This document shows, one piece after another, positions 30,623 through 42,743 of a stretch of DNA of 64,000 nt. Numbering within the stretch: position 1 is the first letter of the stretch; the number at the start of each line of letters is the position of its first letter. The translations under genes were made by a program, and so were the position numbers. The notes under the pieces are model-generated. The model had not been told where the DNA came from. It did not search any database and saw nothing but the letters and a program-made list of their open reading frames with translations. The DNA is from Nitrospirales bacterium (GTDB lineage Bacteria > Nitrospirota > Nitrospiria > Nitrospirales > UBA8639), in the NCBI GenBank assembly GCA_965203295.1, contig CBDBCZ010000019.1, positions 1,472,001-1,536,000 of the forward strand, given 5' to 3'.

Positions 30623-31972
30623 GTGTTTAAAAAAATCCTCATTGCCAATCGCGGAGAAATTGCTTTACGAATTATTCGCGCCTGTCGAGAGTTAGGCGTG
30701 AAAACCGTGGCGATTTACTCCGAACCTGATGTGCAATCTTTACATGTCTGGCACGCAGATAAGCATGTCTGTGTAGGGCCTGCCGATTCTGCGAAAAGCT
30801 ATAGAAATATTCCGAATGTCTTAAGTGCTGCGGAGATTTCGGGTGCTGATGCCATTCATCCTGGATACGGATTTCTTGCCGAAAACGCCCATTTTGCTGA
30901 GGTATGTGAGTCTATTGGAATCACATTTATCGGCCCCTCATCCGAACATATTGCTTTGTTAGGTGATAAGGCAAAGGCTCGAGAAATGATGCTGTGCCAT
31001 GGGATTCCGGTCCTTCCAGGAAGTCCAGGAGAAGTTCGCTCGGAAGCAGAGGCTTTGACAGTGGCTCGGCAAGTAGGGTTCCCTGTCATTGTGAAAGCCA
31101 CGGCTGGAGGCGGGGGGCGTGGAATGCGAGTAGTCGGGAAGGAAGAGGATTTAGCCAAAGCGGTCAAAACCGCACAAGTGGAGGCCAGAGCGTCATTTGG
31201 CCATGACGGGGTGTATTTAGAGCACTATTTTCTTGACCCTCGCCATATTGAAGTACAAGTTCTCGCAGATGACCATGGCCATATTGTTCATCTCGGGGAG
31301 CGCGATTGTTCTATTCAACGGCGATACCAAAAGTTAGTAGAGGAGTCACCTTCTCCAGTGGTCGATGATCGGTTACGTCAAGAGATGGGAAGAATGGCGG
31401 TTAAAGTGATTCGCTCCGTGCATTACCGAAATGCTGGGACCGTGGAATTTCTGTTGGACCATGACCATCAGTTCTATTTTATGGAGGTGAATACTCGCAT
31501 TCAGGTTGAACATCCGGTGACAGAAATGGTCACGGGCATTGATCTGGTCAAAGAACAGATTCGTATTGCTGCTGGGCAACCAATTGAATACCGTCAGCGC
31601 GATATTCAATTTAAAGGTCACAGTCTTGAATGTCGAATTAATGCCGAGTGTCCAGATAAATTCACTCCCTCTTCAGGAACAGTCACACGTTTTCATCCTC
31701 CAGGAGGTCCAGGAATTCGTGTAGATTCGGCCATGGAGTCCTCTGGCCGCGTGGTGCCTCATTATGACTCGTTGATCGCCAAACTCATTAGTCATGGGCA
31801 AAATCGAGAGGAGGCATTGGCGCGTATGAGCCGAGCTTTAGATGAATTTGTCATAGAAGGTATTAAAACGACCATTCCCCTGCAGCGCTTGATCTTGGAC
31901 GATGCGGATTTCCAAAAGGGAAGAGTGTCCACTGGATTCCTCGACCGTTTGTTCGCCAATCGCTCCGTATGA
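30623..31972 (+). CDS. accC: Acetyl-CoA carboxylase biotin carboxylase
   Basis: [38 protein letters not shown]; adjacent to accB. Confidence 0.95.
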   Translation: MFKKILIANRGEIALRIIRACRELGVKTVAIYSEPDVQSLHVWHADKHVCVGPADSAKSYRNIPNVLSAAEISGADAIHPGYGFLAENAHFAEVCESIGITFIGPSSEHIALLGDKAKAREMMLCHGIPVLPGSPGEVRSEAEALTVARQVGFPVIVKATAGGGGRGMRVVGKEEDLAKAVKTAQVEARASFGHDGVYLEHYFLDPRHIEVQVLADDHGHIVHLGERDCSIQRRYQKLVEESPSPVVDDRLRQEMGRMAVKVIRSVHYRNAGTVEFLLDHDHQFYFMEVNTRIQVEHPVTEMVTGIDLVKEQIRIAAGQPIEYRQRDIQFKGHSLECRINAECPDKFTPSSGTVTRFHPPGGPGIRVDSAMESSGRVVPHYDSLIAKLISHGQNREEALARMSRALDEFVIEGIKTTIPLQRLILDDADFQKGRVSTGFLDRLFANRSV

Positions 31973-32643
31973 GCAACATTTCACCTTCCACGCTCAACGC
32001 ATCCACTTCTCTTCAAGGTGTCTACCTTATTCTCGATGAGCAATGGGCTCACAAGTGCCCACTTGTTGAAGTTTTAGAGATTGCGGCACATCTCGGTGTC
32101 AAGATATTTCAACATCGTTGCACCGGTATGCCCATGGCTCTGGCTTTTCAACGCGCGACTCTTCTTGCGCAGGCAGCGGCTCGCTGTGGGGCAACATTTC
32201 TTGTCAATGATCGAGCTGATTTGGCTGTGGCAGTGAATGCCGATGGAGTGCATCTTGGTCAAGAAGACCTTCCGGTCGATCTTACGCGGATCATTGTCGG
32301 GCCTGACAAAGTGATTGGATTGTCTACTCACAATCTCGCTCAAGTTCGGGAGGGTTCGAGTTTGCCAGTCGATTACCTGGGAATTGGGCCTGTGTTTCCT
32401 AGCAACACAAAAAAGGATCATGCGAAACCAATCGGACTTGATGGAGTTCGCCAGTTAAGGGCTTTGACCACATTGCCTTTGTTTGCCATTGGGGGGATCA
32501 CTTCAACCTGCGTGAAAGATCTCAGAAACGCAGGAGTTGATGGCGTGGCGGTGGCATCTGCCATACTGGACGCAGAAAATCTGGAAGTGGCTATCAAGGG
32601 TTTTGTTAGTCAGGTTTCAGGAGGAGATCAGCTAACTGAGTAA
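31969..32643 (+). CDS. thiE: Thiamine-phosphate synthase
   Basis: [38 protein letters not shown]. Confidence 0.92.
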   Translation: MSNISPSTLNASTSLQGVYLILDEQWAHKCPLVEVLEIAAHLGVKIFQHRCTGMPMALAFQRATLLAQAAARCGATFLVNDRADLAVAVNADGVHLGQEDLPVDLTRIIVGPDKVIGLSTHNLAQVREGSSLPVDYLGIGPVFPSNTKKDHAKPIGLDGVRQLRALTTLPLFAIGGITSTCVKDLRNAGVDGVAVASAILDAENLEVAIKGFVSQVSGGDQLTE

Positions 32644-33367
32644 TGCAGGGTTCTGCTGATAACGTGACGACACCTGTATCCCAGTTCTGCTCAAGTGCTG
32701 GATGATGTTGAAGAGGGCCTAATACAGGAATCCCACTTAATTCTCGGGTGACTTGAACGGTGGATTCACACTGGAGTATTTGTTCTGAAGTCTTAGGGAA
32801 GGCATGTGGATGATTGAATATAATTGCGAGCACCTGGATGCCAGACAAGTTGAGCCCCTCCAAAGTTAAGAGAGTATGATTGATTGCTCCCAAAGATGTT
32901 CGACTCACGATGATGCAAGGTAGTCCGAGAAGCGCGATGAGATCTCTCACCACATGTGTTGCGGAAATCGGAACACAGAGACCGCCAATTCCCTCAACGA
33001 GTATGTATTCGTAACGTGTTTTCATCGATTGATAAGCAGAAGTGATTTGGGTGATATCAATAGGGATGCCTTCGCTTCGACTCGCGGTTATCGGTACAAG
33101 CGCAGAGGCGAAAGAATAGGGACAAATCACGTTTTGAGGTTCTGAAGGACTCACGCATCGTCGTAGGCGCTCAGCATCTGACTGTTTTTCATCTCTACCT
33201 TGAACTCCTGTTTCCACGGGCTTCATCACACCTACTTTTTTGCCTCGAGCTTGACAGGCCAGAGCGAGAGCGGCGGTAATCACCGTTTTCCCCACTCCTG
33301 TATCAGAGCCGGTAATAAAATATCCTTTTTCGTTCCTGGCATAGGGTCTTGTTGAATGATTGGACAT
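32606..33367 (-). CDS. bioD: Dethiobiotin synthase
   Basis: FITGSDTGVGKT, MKPVETG, VEGIGG, LGAINHTLLT. Confidence 0.93.
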   Translation of the reverse strand: MSNHSTRPYARNEKGYFITGSDTGVGKTVITAALALACQARGKKVGVMKPVETGVQGRDEKQSDAERLRRCVSPSEPQNVICPYSFASALVPITASRSEGIPIDITQITSAYQSMKTRYEYILVEGIGGLCVPISATHVVRDLIALLGLPCIIVSRTSLGAINHTLLTLEGLNLSGIQVLAIIFNHPHAFPKTSEQILQCESTVQVTRELSGIPVLGPLQHHPALEQNWDTGVVTLSAEPCITQLADLLLKPD

Positions 33368-33379
33368 AGGAGAAAAGAG

Positions 33380-34141
33380 TTACCAAATTCGGCTGTCGAG
33401 ATTAAAAACCTGGCCGGAGGCTTCCCTCATTTGAGAAACATGAAAGATCGCGTCGGCGATGGAATCCAGATGAGGGGTTCGTTGGAGAACATGATTCGTC
33501 AAATCATGTGGTTCTGGGAAACCTTCTCCTGCAAGATTGGACTGATGCCATCCTGGAAATACGATGTTGATCCTAACATTGAAGGGTCCCCATTCTTTCG
33601 CAGTTGATTTCATGAGTCCCAAAAGACCTGCCTTGGCAGTCGAATAGGCTGCTTGCCCCATGGTACCTTGGAGAGTTGATAGGGAACCCACGATAATAAC
33701 AACACCATTGTTTTGGGATAAAAAAATAGGAGCGACGGATTTCAGGCAATAAAAAACACCTCTGAGATTAACTCGCAGCATGTCTTCCCATTCTTTAGGA
33801 GAGGTGCGAAGTAATAAATTTGTTTTGGCGTGACCAGCATTACACACTAAAACATCGAGCTTGCCCCAGTTTTTTCCTAACGTCTCTATCATCGTGGTGA
33901 CTTCTTGATATTGCTGAAGGTCTGCTTGAACAACCTGAGCTTCGCCTCCTGCTTTATCCACGAGTTCGGCTGTTTTACGTGCTTCGGTTTGTTGTGTATG
34001 GTAATGAACGCCAACACGCCATTTTTCTTTGGCAAAGCGATGACAAACGGCTCTCCCGATTTTTCCGGATCCACCAGTCACGAGGATGGATTGAGAGGTG
34101 TTCTTATATCCCTGTTTTCTATGAGAAAATGTTGAGTCCAT
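33380..34141 (-). CDS. SDR-family oxidoreductase (FabG-like)
   Basis: TGGSGKIG, NAG, YSTAK; start uncertain. Confidence 0.85.
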   Translation of the reverse strand: MDSTFSHRKQGYKNTSQSILVTGGSGKIGRAVCHRFAKEKWRVGVHYHTQQTEARKTAELVDKAGGEAQVVQADLQQYQEVTTMIETLGKNWGKLDVLVCNAGHAKTNLLLRTSPKEWEDMLRVNLRGVFYCLKSVAPIFLSQNNGVVIIVGSLSTLQGTMGQAAYSTAKAGLLGLMKSTAKEWGPFNVRINIVFPGWHQSNLAGEGFPEPHDLTNHVLQRTPHLDSIADAIFHVSQMREASGQVFNLDSRIW

Positions 34142-34478
34142 ACCAAAAAGCAGCTTTGGTCCTTGAAGCACGTGAAGGAAGATTATCCAGATCGTATATG
34201 AGAAAGGCAATGAATCTGGTGCATTGAAAAAAAATGGACTCCTGCGTGGTCTTGATGAGCTAGTAAAGGCTGTGATAGGTTGGCCTCCCCCTATATCAAG
34301 ATGGTAGATACCATTTCATAATCCTGATAAGTCCTTCATTTGTTTGTTCTCTGCAGGCACATTTCATCGATGGCAATGTGAAAATTTCTTTTATTTACGA
34401 TGTGAGAGGAACGAAAAGTTTTTCCGGGATCTTGAAGGTTCCCTTCGATAGGGAAGAATAGAATAAAGGAGAAATGAA

Positions 34479-35393
34479 TTGAATCGTTGCTGTGGGAACG
34501 GACTGTCATATGTTGCGAGCATCCTTGTTTTTGTTTTGTCATTTTTTGCGATAACGGGGGCGCTCAAGAATTCCTGTTGGGCCCAGGGTGAGGGTGAAAA
34601 GGTTGTTGAAGGAGAACCATTTTTCCCTGACCAGAAGGGAAATGAGTGGTAATATCGTGGGAGGATTATTGAAGGTCGCGTTGATCAGATTTCTGAGAAA
34701 ACCTTTGAAAATATTTCAACCGTCAAGGGAGAGGATACTATTGATGGGCTAAAGGTGACCGTTTTTCATGATACCAATCCAGGCGATCAGGGTCCTACCG
34801 ATAGTTACTATGTGCGTGATGCCGCCGGTATTCGCTACTATGGTTCAAAGCCTTGGACCAAACTCGAAGAGCAAATTGTGCCTTATCAAATTATTCGATT
34901 TCCTATTGCTGTTTCCAGCTCCTTTCAGCAACTGGATCGAACGAATTTGGACCTTGGACTGGATTTAGATCGTGACGGAAGCAGTGAGCGCGTCGATGTT
35001 CGTGCGATTGTGACTGTGGTCGGTATAGGTCCTCTTTCAGTATCCCTGGGCACTTTTGAGGAGGTCGTGGAGATGGAAGCTCAAATGTCTCTAAAGGTCC
35101 ATCTTTCGAGAAGCAATGGGATTGTCAAGGGGTCCGATAGAATGACGGCTTGGTTTGTGAGAGGAGTGGGGCTCGTAAAATATGTTGAACGTCAGACTCT
35201 GCCGATGGTGGGCAATATCAAACAACGATCGATACAAATCATCGAGGAACTGGAAAAGATAAATTTTAATGATACCTTGATGTCAGGACGCGGGAGCAAA
35301 GCCACGGCGAAGGGTATTTTCACAAACGATGCGTTGAACCATGAACTGAGGCAAGTATCCTTTCCCTCCCGCTTTCATCCCCACTCCCGATAA
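34479..35393 (+). pseudogene. Exported beta-rich hypothetical protein with in-frame TAA at 34650-34652
   Basis: AAGGAG RBS, TTG 34479, signal peptide, FFPDQKGNEW*YRGR in frame with ORF 34755-35393; W(F)VRGVGLVK motif. Confidence 0.6.
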
Positions 35394-38266
35394 TCGATGT
35401 CCGCCGAAAAGTTGCCGACCGACCAGGGAGCCGGTAATCGCACGGTTGATGTAGAGATTCCCCACCTCAAAGTTCTGACGGGCCAGATGAATATGACCTG
35501 GACTACGAGAGTATAGCCCTCCAGTCAAGGCATAAGAACAGTGATTCGCTATCTGCAGAGCCTTCTGGAAATTTGAAGCCTTTATGATCGCGAGCACAGG
35601 GCCGAAAATTTCCTCCTGAGCCAGCCGGTGACCTGAAGAATATTGGTAAAAATGACTGGCCCCTGAAACCAACCTTCCCCATCGATCTTTCGGTCTAATA
35701 CTAACTGTCCTTCGTGTTGTCCGATTTGCACATATTCATGCACCTTCGCTAGAGCCCGTTCATCGATCATGGGTCCCATATGATTAGTTGGGTCTTCGGG
35801 CGGCCCAATATGCAGACTATCTGCCGCCAGGAGAAGGTGTTGGACAAATGTGTCATAAATGGATTCAAGAACGATAGCCCGCGAGCAAGCCGAACATTTT
35901 TGTCCCTGATAGCCTGTCATGGAGGAAAACACGCCGGTGACGGCTTCATCAAGATCGGCTGTTTCATCAACAATGATGGCATTTTTCCCGCCCATTTCTG
36001 CAATGACATGTTTGACGTGAGACTGGTCCGAAGACACGTTCACGGCTTTTTTCATGATTTGAAGGCCCACTTCTTTAGATCCTGTGAAGGCGATCGTATG
36101 AACCTGAGGGTGTGTCATTAAAGCTTGACCTACTTGTGGTCCGCCAGGCAAAAAATATAAGACGTTCTCTGGAACGCCGGCTTCACGAAGAATCTGATAT
36201 AAGTAATAGGCCATCATGAGAGAACGTTCAGACGGTTTAAATAACACGACGTTCCCTGTCACCAACGTAGCCGAAACCATTCCAGTAGGAATTGCAAGAG
36301 AAAAATTCCAGGGGGAGATTACTACCGATAATCCACGAGGGCTCCAAATCAGATGATTGAGTTCCCCCGGTTCGTGTCCTAATCGAGAAGGCTTCCCAAG
36401 AATTCGCATGTCCTCAGCATAAAACTCAATAAACTCAATAAAATCAATGGCTTCAGCCACATCGGCGTCGGCTTCACGCCAAGGCTTTCCAGTTTCAAAT
36501 ATTTCCCAAGCTGCCAGTTCAAACCGTCTTTTCCGCATGAGAGCGGCGGCTCTGACAAGCATATCGGCGCGTGAATCCGGAGAAGTCATTCCCCACGCTT
36601 CTTGATGGCAGGAAGCTTCTTGAATAATATCGTGAATGACTTCAGGTTTGGGACATTGCACTCTAGCAATTTCCTCTTGAGGACGGCTGGGATTAACGGA
36701 GACGAATTCTTCAGAGGAGAGTGTCTCCACCAAGGGAATCATCAACGGGATCTGCTGGCCAAATTGTGCACGAACCTGATCTATCGCCTGACTCATGTTC
36801 AAGCGACTGGATTCCAAGGAGAAGTTGGTATGGGGTTGATTGTGAAATTCGTGTACAGACTGAGGTGAGGGCAACAATGGATCCGTGCGTGCGTGGGCTC
36901 CATTGCCAGTCATTGCGATTGGCGGGGAGAGTAATTGCTCTATGGGTTCCACGTGATCCTTTTGCTTATGGATAAATGACTCGTTGGACGTGTTTTCCAA
37001 AAGGCGTCTGACAAGATAGGCCATTCCCGGAATGAGTTCACCTACAGGCGTGTAGATGCGAACCCGCCGGCCGTACTTGACAACGGCACTCTGTAACGCA
37101 TCAGCCATCCCATAGAGCGATTGATACTCATAGCTATTCGGAGCGAATTCTCGTATTTGAGCTATAGCCTCAGCGTGCGCCAGGCTTCGCAGATTGTGTG
37201 TGCCAAAGGCTGGCCTGAACAGGGCAGGGTGGTCTAATAGCTTGTGACTGAGGTATTCGAAATTGGCGTCGGTCTCTTCCTTTTGCTATAAAACTGGAAC
37301 CGGCCAGCCTCGCTGTTCATTTTGTATCGTTTCAGCATCCCAATACGCACCTTTGACCAAGCGGATGATAATAGACGTGCGTCGTTGCTGTACCCAATCG
37401 ACCAAGCGATCAAGTGTCAAGTCGGCATCTCGTAAATAGGTTTGGAGCGCAATGCCAGCGCAGGCATATTGCCGATAGGCTGATTCCGAAAAAATGCGCA
37501 TGAAAATTTCGTAAGTTAAATCTTTCAGCTCATATTGCTCCATATCGAAAGTAATCGCAGCAGGAAGTTGCAAAGCCAAATCCAGAATAGGCCGGAGCCG
37601 GGAGGCGACGCCGTGGTAACTTCCATCTTGATCGGCCGGATCCAGTTGAGAATAGAGCGCGGAGATTTTTATCGACAGATTTACCCGGGGAATACGACCG
37701 ATGTGATCCTGTTCTAACAATGGTCGCGAAGGCCAGCGTTGAGCATGATCATGTTATACGCGAAGTGCGTCGAGGCAGCGATCACGATAAGAATCGGCTT
37801 CAGCCTCACTGACGGAGGCTTCTCCTAAAAGATCAACTGACGCACATCGCCCAGTCCTCCAAAGTTTACCTAGGATCGGCATTGCGTTATACATTGAATC
37901 ACCGGCCATGAAGGTATGAGCCATGCGCATGAATTGTCGCCGGAGCACTAGGGCCCCGACATGCGAGCCGATCCAAGAAACAGGGAGTTTTTTAAGTGAC
38001 CATTTCAGTGGTTGGGGAAGAATCGGCGTGCCACCAAAATACTCAGCGAGGAGGCGGTTAAACTGTTCATCAGTTTTCAAGGTGGGGAGGACATCGACGA
38101 ACCGAAAAAGCTGGACTTTAAAGTCCTCATCCCGCATGCCCCAATCCATGAGCAAGTCATTCCACCACCCTTGGCTCAGGATGTTCGGTGTGCTGGTTTT
38201 GGAATGTTCAGCAAGCGTTCGGCTGATGCGTTGAATAGAAGGTTCGAGCAGTTCGTTTAAGATCAT
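35283..38266 (-). pseudogene. putA: Bifunctional proline dehydrogenase / P5C dehydrogenase
   Basis: FRFVDVLP, RLVKGAYWD, AYLVRRLLEN, AEMGGKNA, GQKCSACS, EEIFGPVL; TAA 37754, TAG 37286, 9-bp duplication 36422-36439, 1-bp shift near 35640. Confidence 0.92.
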
Positions 38267-38425
38267 GCCGTTCCCCCACTCCTCTTACATTATACCTCCT
38301 CAGTTAAAGCATCCAAATATACAAGTACTTCCTAAACAAATCGGACCAGATTCTGTAGTTTGGTTCGAACATGCGGGATATTCTAAGCAAGAATGCCTAC
38401 GGACTCGGAGCTGAATGATGGCCAT

Positions 38426-38758
38426 TTACACGAGCACAAGTAGTGTCGTGTCAGGACTGTCTCCAAGAGTCTGGATATCCTGGTAATGTTGCTCTAGGAT
38501 GTGTGCGATCGTTTTTGTCGAACAATTTCCGCGCTTGATCCACACGATCTTTGGTGGGTCGTCAGAAAGCAGGCTTCGTTCGTGAAAGTCTGCATTTTTT
38601 GTCACGATGAGAAACTTCTCCTGCCGGGCATAGTTCCAGACTGCCTCATCTGAAGCTTGATCTAGGTTCACCCTGAGAACGTGGGCGGATCCTGGGCATA
38701 ACTTTGCGAGTTGATCAACCAATTTGGGTGAGAGGTTTTGATCGAAAAGAAGCTTCAT
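38426..38758 (-). CDS. DUF5615/VapC45-like PIN-domain toxin
   Basis: MKLLFDQNLS..D..VW.YA..IVTKNADF..PPKIVWI..GNCST; ATGA overlap with the antitoxin. Confidence 0.85.
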   Translation of the reverse strand: MKLLFDQNLSPKLVDQLAKLCPGSAHVLRVNLDQASDEAVWNYARQEKFLIVTKNADFHERSLLSDDPPKIVWIKRGNCSTKTIAHILEQHYQDIQTLGDSPDTTLLVLV

Positions 38759-38979
38759 ACTTCGACTGCCATGAGATGGCGTTCACGATCGGCTGCATAG
38801 CTCAGACACGCTTGAATATCTTCTGATGTGAGGTAGGGAAAATCAGCCAGGATTTCCTCTTTTGTCATTCCTGAGGCTAGGTAATCAAGAACATCGCAGA
38901 CGGTCATTCGCATGCCTCGGATACAGGGTTTCCCTCCTCGTTTTCCTGGTTCAATCGTGATGATGTGTCGGTAGTTCAT
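38755..38979 (-). CDS. DUF433 antitoxin
   Basis: ITIEPGKRGGKPCIRG.R.TV.DVL..LASG..EEIL.DFP.L..EDI.ACL.YAA. Confidence 0.9.
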   Translation of the reverse strand: MNYRHIITIEPGKRGGKPCIRGMRMTVCDVLDYLASGMTKEEILADFPYLTSEDIQACLSYAADRERHLMAVEV

Positions 38980-39365
38980 TCTTGCGGTCCTCCGTTGTTT
39001 GAGAGCCTCCAGCGCCTTGTCGTCGTTATGGCTTGCTACTTACTCAGTGATGTGATAATACCTCAATTAAGGATACGATGAATAGGCTAGCATGATAATC
39101 TAGATGATCCGTGTGTACGCAATAAAGTACCCAGAAAAGTGCCGAGGACCTGGGGAGAGGGGTCGGGAGTGAAGTCAAATCTGTTGTTGCATGGGCGGAG
39201 CCGTCCGGGTCAAAGGATCGAGGTCAAGGGGCAAAGGATTGGGGTCACCGCTGGAATTGAGGGCAACACTTTACTTGCTAGGCAAGGCAATGCACGGGCT
39301 TACAATGGGCGACGAGGCCGTCACTTTGCACCGGCATAGAGCGACCAGGATCTAAACGAGGAGCT

Positions 39366-40500
39366 TCACTTTTTCGAGCAAGCTTTTACTTTTCGTCCGG
39401 TAATGCTTCCATGAGGGCCAGCGGTATTGAAAAAGGTGCCTTCGATGGTCCGATCGTGAGCGCTCAGGAGGAGGCTGTCCTCCTGATAACTCCTCGGAAA
39501 CTCCCATCGGATATAGACGGTGTTTCCTTGGATCTGGATTGTGGATGGTTGAGGATCAAGCCTGTCGTATTGATCAGGTGGGGGAAAGAGCATCGTGGTT
39601 TTATGGTTTTGGTGATTGTGAATAATCAATTGCCACGTTCCGCACAGTCGCATCAACGATTAGGTCTGTTGTGTTTTTGAGAGCCAGTTTTCTGCTGTTT
39701 GCCATTTAGAGAGAAAACGTCTTTCAGCATGAGCTTGGAGCCTAACGGCACTCGCAACCACGTGGGCCTTAAGAAAGGGAGAAATACGGGAAAAAAGATG
39801 CTGTTTAGCGAAGGTCTTGAGCATTGAGTCAGTGATGGTGTTTTGACTATTTGGAGCTTGATACTGGGTCAGGCGTTTGGAAAGCCCTGGTAGCCATTGG
39901 GTTTCAGCCAGGGCAACCCATGAGCTATTGGATCCGATAAATTCAGGGTAAGATTGATCGAAAAACCTGGCATAGGCATCGTAGGCTCTGGACTGCTCAG
40001 CAGAGAGAGATGGATGTGGATGTTTGACTATTTCAAAAAGAACAACGGCTAATGCGACGGTGGGTTGAATATCGGTTCCATGCATAGAAGCTGTGAGCCA
40101 TTCGAAGTGGCTGGAATCGCGTTCAAGGAATGTTTGAAGGGGAGTGGGATCTTGTTGTTGAACGGCTGTTTGGAGAGATTGGGAGTACTGCCAGACTGCT
40201 AACTCCCTGACAAGGTCGATTCCCGTTCGGGTGAGTTCTGAAGGATGTTGGGAAGCTAAGCCTTGATGGCGACGGCCTTTGGCCAAGGTATGAAGTTTGA
40301 AATCTTGACTGAAGGAGGAAAAGAAAAATGAGACGGCTTGATCATCTGATTCAATGCGGATTATCTGATCGGCTTTGTCACGAAGAATTAGGTGAAAGAC
40401 TGGATTCTTGAGCTGATATGGCTGAAGGAAAGAAAAGTAGAGGAAGGGAAAGAAGAGAAATGGGTAAAAATGTGAAAAGCGTAATCAATAAAGATCAAAA
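39366..40500 (-). pseudogene. Exported hypothetical protein split by TAA (39660-39662) and a 5' frameshift
   Basis: ORFs 39660-40286 and 39366-39656 share a frame that stays open to ~40484; the signal-peptide-like segment (LLFFPSAISAQES) is in another frame near 40390-40490. Confidence 0.55.
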
Positions 40501-40559
40501 CCCTATTCCATGGGAGAAATAAAAGGTCGCGACGGTTCAGCCTCTCTATCCTTTGTGAG

Positions 40560-41381
40560 TTATGTGCTCAAATGTTTTTGTAAGAAGGTCACGGTTTCAC
40601 TCCAGGCCTTGCTGGTTGCCTCGGCATTATACAATGCCGATTGCGTTGTATTACAGAAACCTCGGCGAGTCTGAGGGTATCGTAGCACGGAAATTCCTTT
40701 TTCTGAGTTTTTCCCAATGTCTTCAAGTTGGGTAAGGTCCTCAGACGATACGGCATCGTCGTCTTCAGCCGCGTGATATAACAGGGGACAAAAAGCTTCT
40801 GTGAGCGATTCCAACGGAGAAGGCAGTTGACCGTAAAATGAGACTGCAGCTCGGAGACGCCGTCGTTGGCACGCAAATTGGAAGGCCAACGTTCCCCCCA
40901 TGTCAAAACCTACGATACCATGGACATTTCGTTTGGTGAATTCCAACAAGGGATCTTCTGGAATATTCGCGTTTAAATACTCGCAACAGGCTTTGATGTC
41001 CTGAAGGACGGTTGTGGAGTCAAGCCGATTTGCCAAGGCGTTCGCCACTTCCTCATTGGCTGTAATCATGCCACCTTGTCTTCCATAGAGGTTAGGCACC
41101 ATGACCACGAACCCTTCACAGGCTAGGCGGACGGCAACATCTTTTATTTGTGATGTTAACCCCCACCGTTCGTGCAACAAAACTATGCAAGGAAAGCGCC
41201 CTTTATCCTGGGGCCAAAACTGAGCCCCTTCGACTTGGGCTTCTTTGGGCATCCTCGTGTGGGCATATGGGTCAACCATATGGTCCTTATGCGTCTCGAA
41301 CACGCCCTTGCTGGAAAAACGAACGACTCCCGACCCAATTTGGTCAGGTGAATAGGGGGTTACACGTTCAGTCATGATCAA
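40560..41381 (-). CDS. Dienelactone hydrolase family protein
   Basis: LLHERWGL, LACEGF..PNLY, GFDMGG, AAVSFYG. Confidence 0.85.
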   Translation of the reverse strand: MIMTERVTPYSPDQIGSGVVRFSSKGVFETHKDHMVDPYAHTRMPKEAQVEGAQFWPQDKGRFPCIVLLHERWGLTSQIKDVAVRLACEGFVVMVPNLYGRQGGMITANEEVANALANRLDSTTVLQDIKACCEYLNANIPEDPLLEFTKRNVHGIVGFDMGGTLAFQFACQRRRLRAAVSFYGQLPSPLESLTEAFCPLLYHAAEDDDAVSSEDLTQLEDIGKNSEKGISVLRYPQTRRGFCNTTQSALYNAEATSKAWSETVTFLQKHLST

Positions 41382-41565
41382 CTCGTGAGGAAATTGTGAA
41401 AAATTAGTGAAAATTGAAAGGGTTACGTTACTGGGGCCGATCAGTACTATATCGATCGCTTCAAAGAATTGTCAATAAAAGTTGGAAGAGACTCTCTCTG
41501 CTGTCAGCAACTCAGACTGCTTATGAATGCTGGCAGAGTGGATGAGTCTCTCATATCTAGAATTG

Positions 41566-42743
41566 TCATGGCTGCTTAAATTCCACCAATTCCGTTTGAC
41601 CGAGACCTTCTTTCACCATTGCGGGAATATCAAAGCGTTGCTCAGTTTGATGAACATCCTCGATTTTGGTTTTGATGCTGGGATGCGGCGGAACAAACAG
41701 GCTACAGCAGTCCTGATCCGGTTCAATGGATATATCAAAGGTACCGAGTCGTTGAGCTTGTTCCGTTATTTCAATCTTGTCCATTCCGATCAGCGGACGA
41801 AGAATGGGAAGATCGGGAACCTCATTGACCGCTTGGAGATTCTCCGGTGTTTGAGAAGCCACCTGACCCAAGCTGTCACCAGTCACCAACCTCCAGCATT
41901 TTTCTTGCCTAGCCAGGGTCTCAGCGATTCTCATCATGAATCGTCGGTAGAGAACAATCCGAATAGGGGCTGGAGCATCAAATACGATTTGGCGTTGGAT
42001 GTTCCCAAAGGGTATCAGATAAAGCCGGCAATACAGTTGGTACCATGTCAAATGGTTAACAAGGTCTCGAACCTTTTCCTCTGAAGCTCGAGAGAGATAG
42101 GGTCGTCCATGAAAATGAACAAACACAACCCGGCAACCACGTTTCATCATACGATAGGCAGCTACAGGAGAATCGATTCCCCCCGAAATCAATGACAGGA
42201 TTTTCCCGCTGATTCCCATCGGTAGTCCCCCCCTGGTCCAGGCTTTTTGCATAAGGAAAAATAGGATTCTCCATTCAGCACTTCAATAATGATATTGAGA
42301 TCGGGATTCCCTAAGTTCACTGGTTTCCCTGTTTGTTCACAGAGGTATGCGCCCACTTCTCGGTTGATGTCCAGAGATGACTTCGAAAATCGTTTTTCTG
42401 ACCGTTTTGTTGTGACCTTGAAGGTAGAAAAGGAAAGAGGGGTAATTGCTTCCCTGATGGCTTGGCATAGATGAGTCAGGTCTGGCGAAGATCGGTCAAA
42501 AGGAACACGGTGGGCTTGGGAAAAATTTGCGACTCCCAAGGTGTGTTTGAGTCTCTCCTGGATAGTGCACCAGGAGGTATCCCCATTCGGTGTAATCAGA
42601 ATACGCCCGGGAAGAGCCTCCACTCGAGTTATCCCTGTCCCTCGCAATACTGAACGCAGGTGTTGGACGAGGCGCTGTTCGAAATATCCTCGGTTTCGAC
42701 CTTTTAATGCGAGTTCGTGGTAGTGGACGAGCGCAAAACGCAT
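41566..42743 (-). pseudogene. thiI: tRNA 4-thiouridine synthase ThiI (no rhodanese domain), frameshifted
   Basis: ELALKGRNR, THUMP domain, GGLPMG..SGGIDSPVA, TGDSLGQVASQT, DCC; shift in C7 run 42227-42233. Confidence 0.88.

Noticed and set aside
35283..35393. ~110-bp convergent overlap between putA and the + strand gene as a functional antisense arrangement
   Set aside because: Both genes are pseudogenes, so the overlap may simply reflect a lost stop codon.
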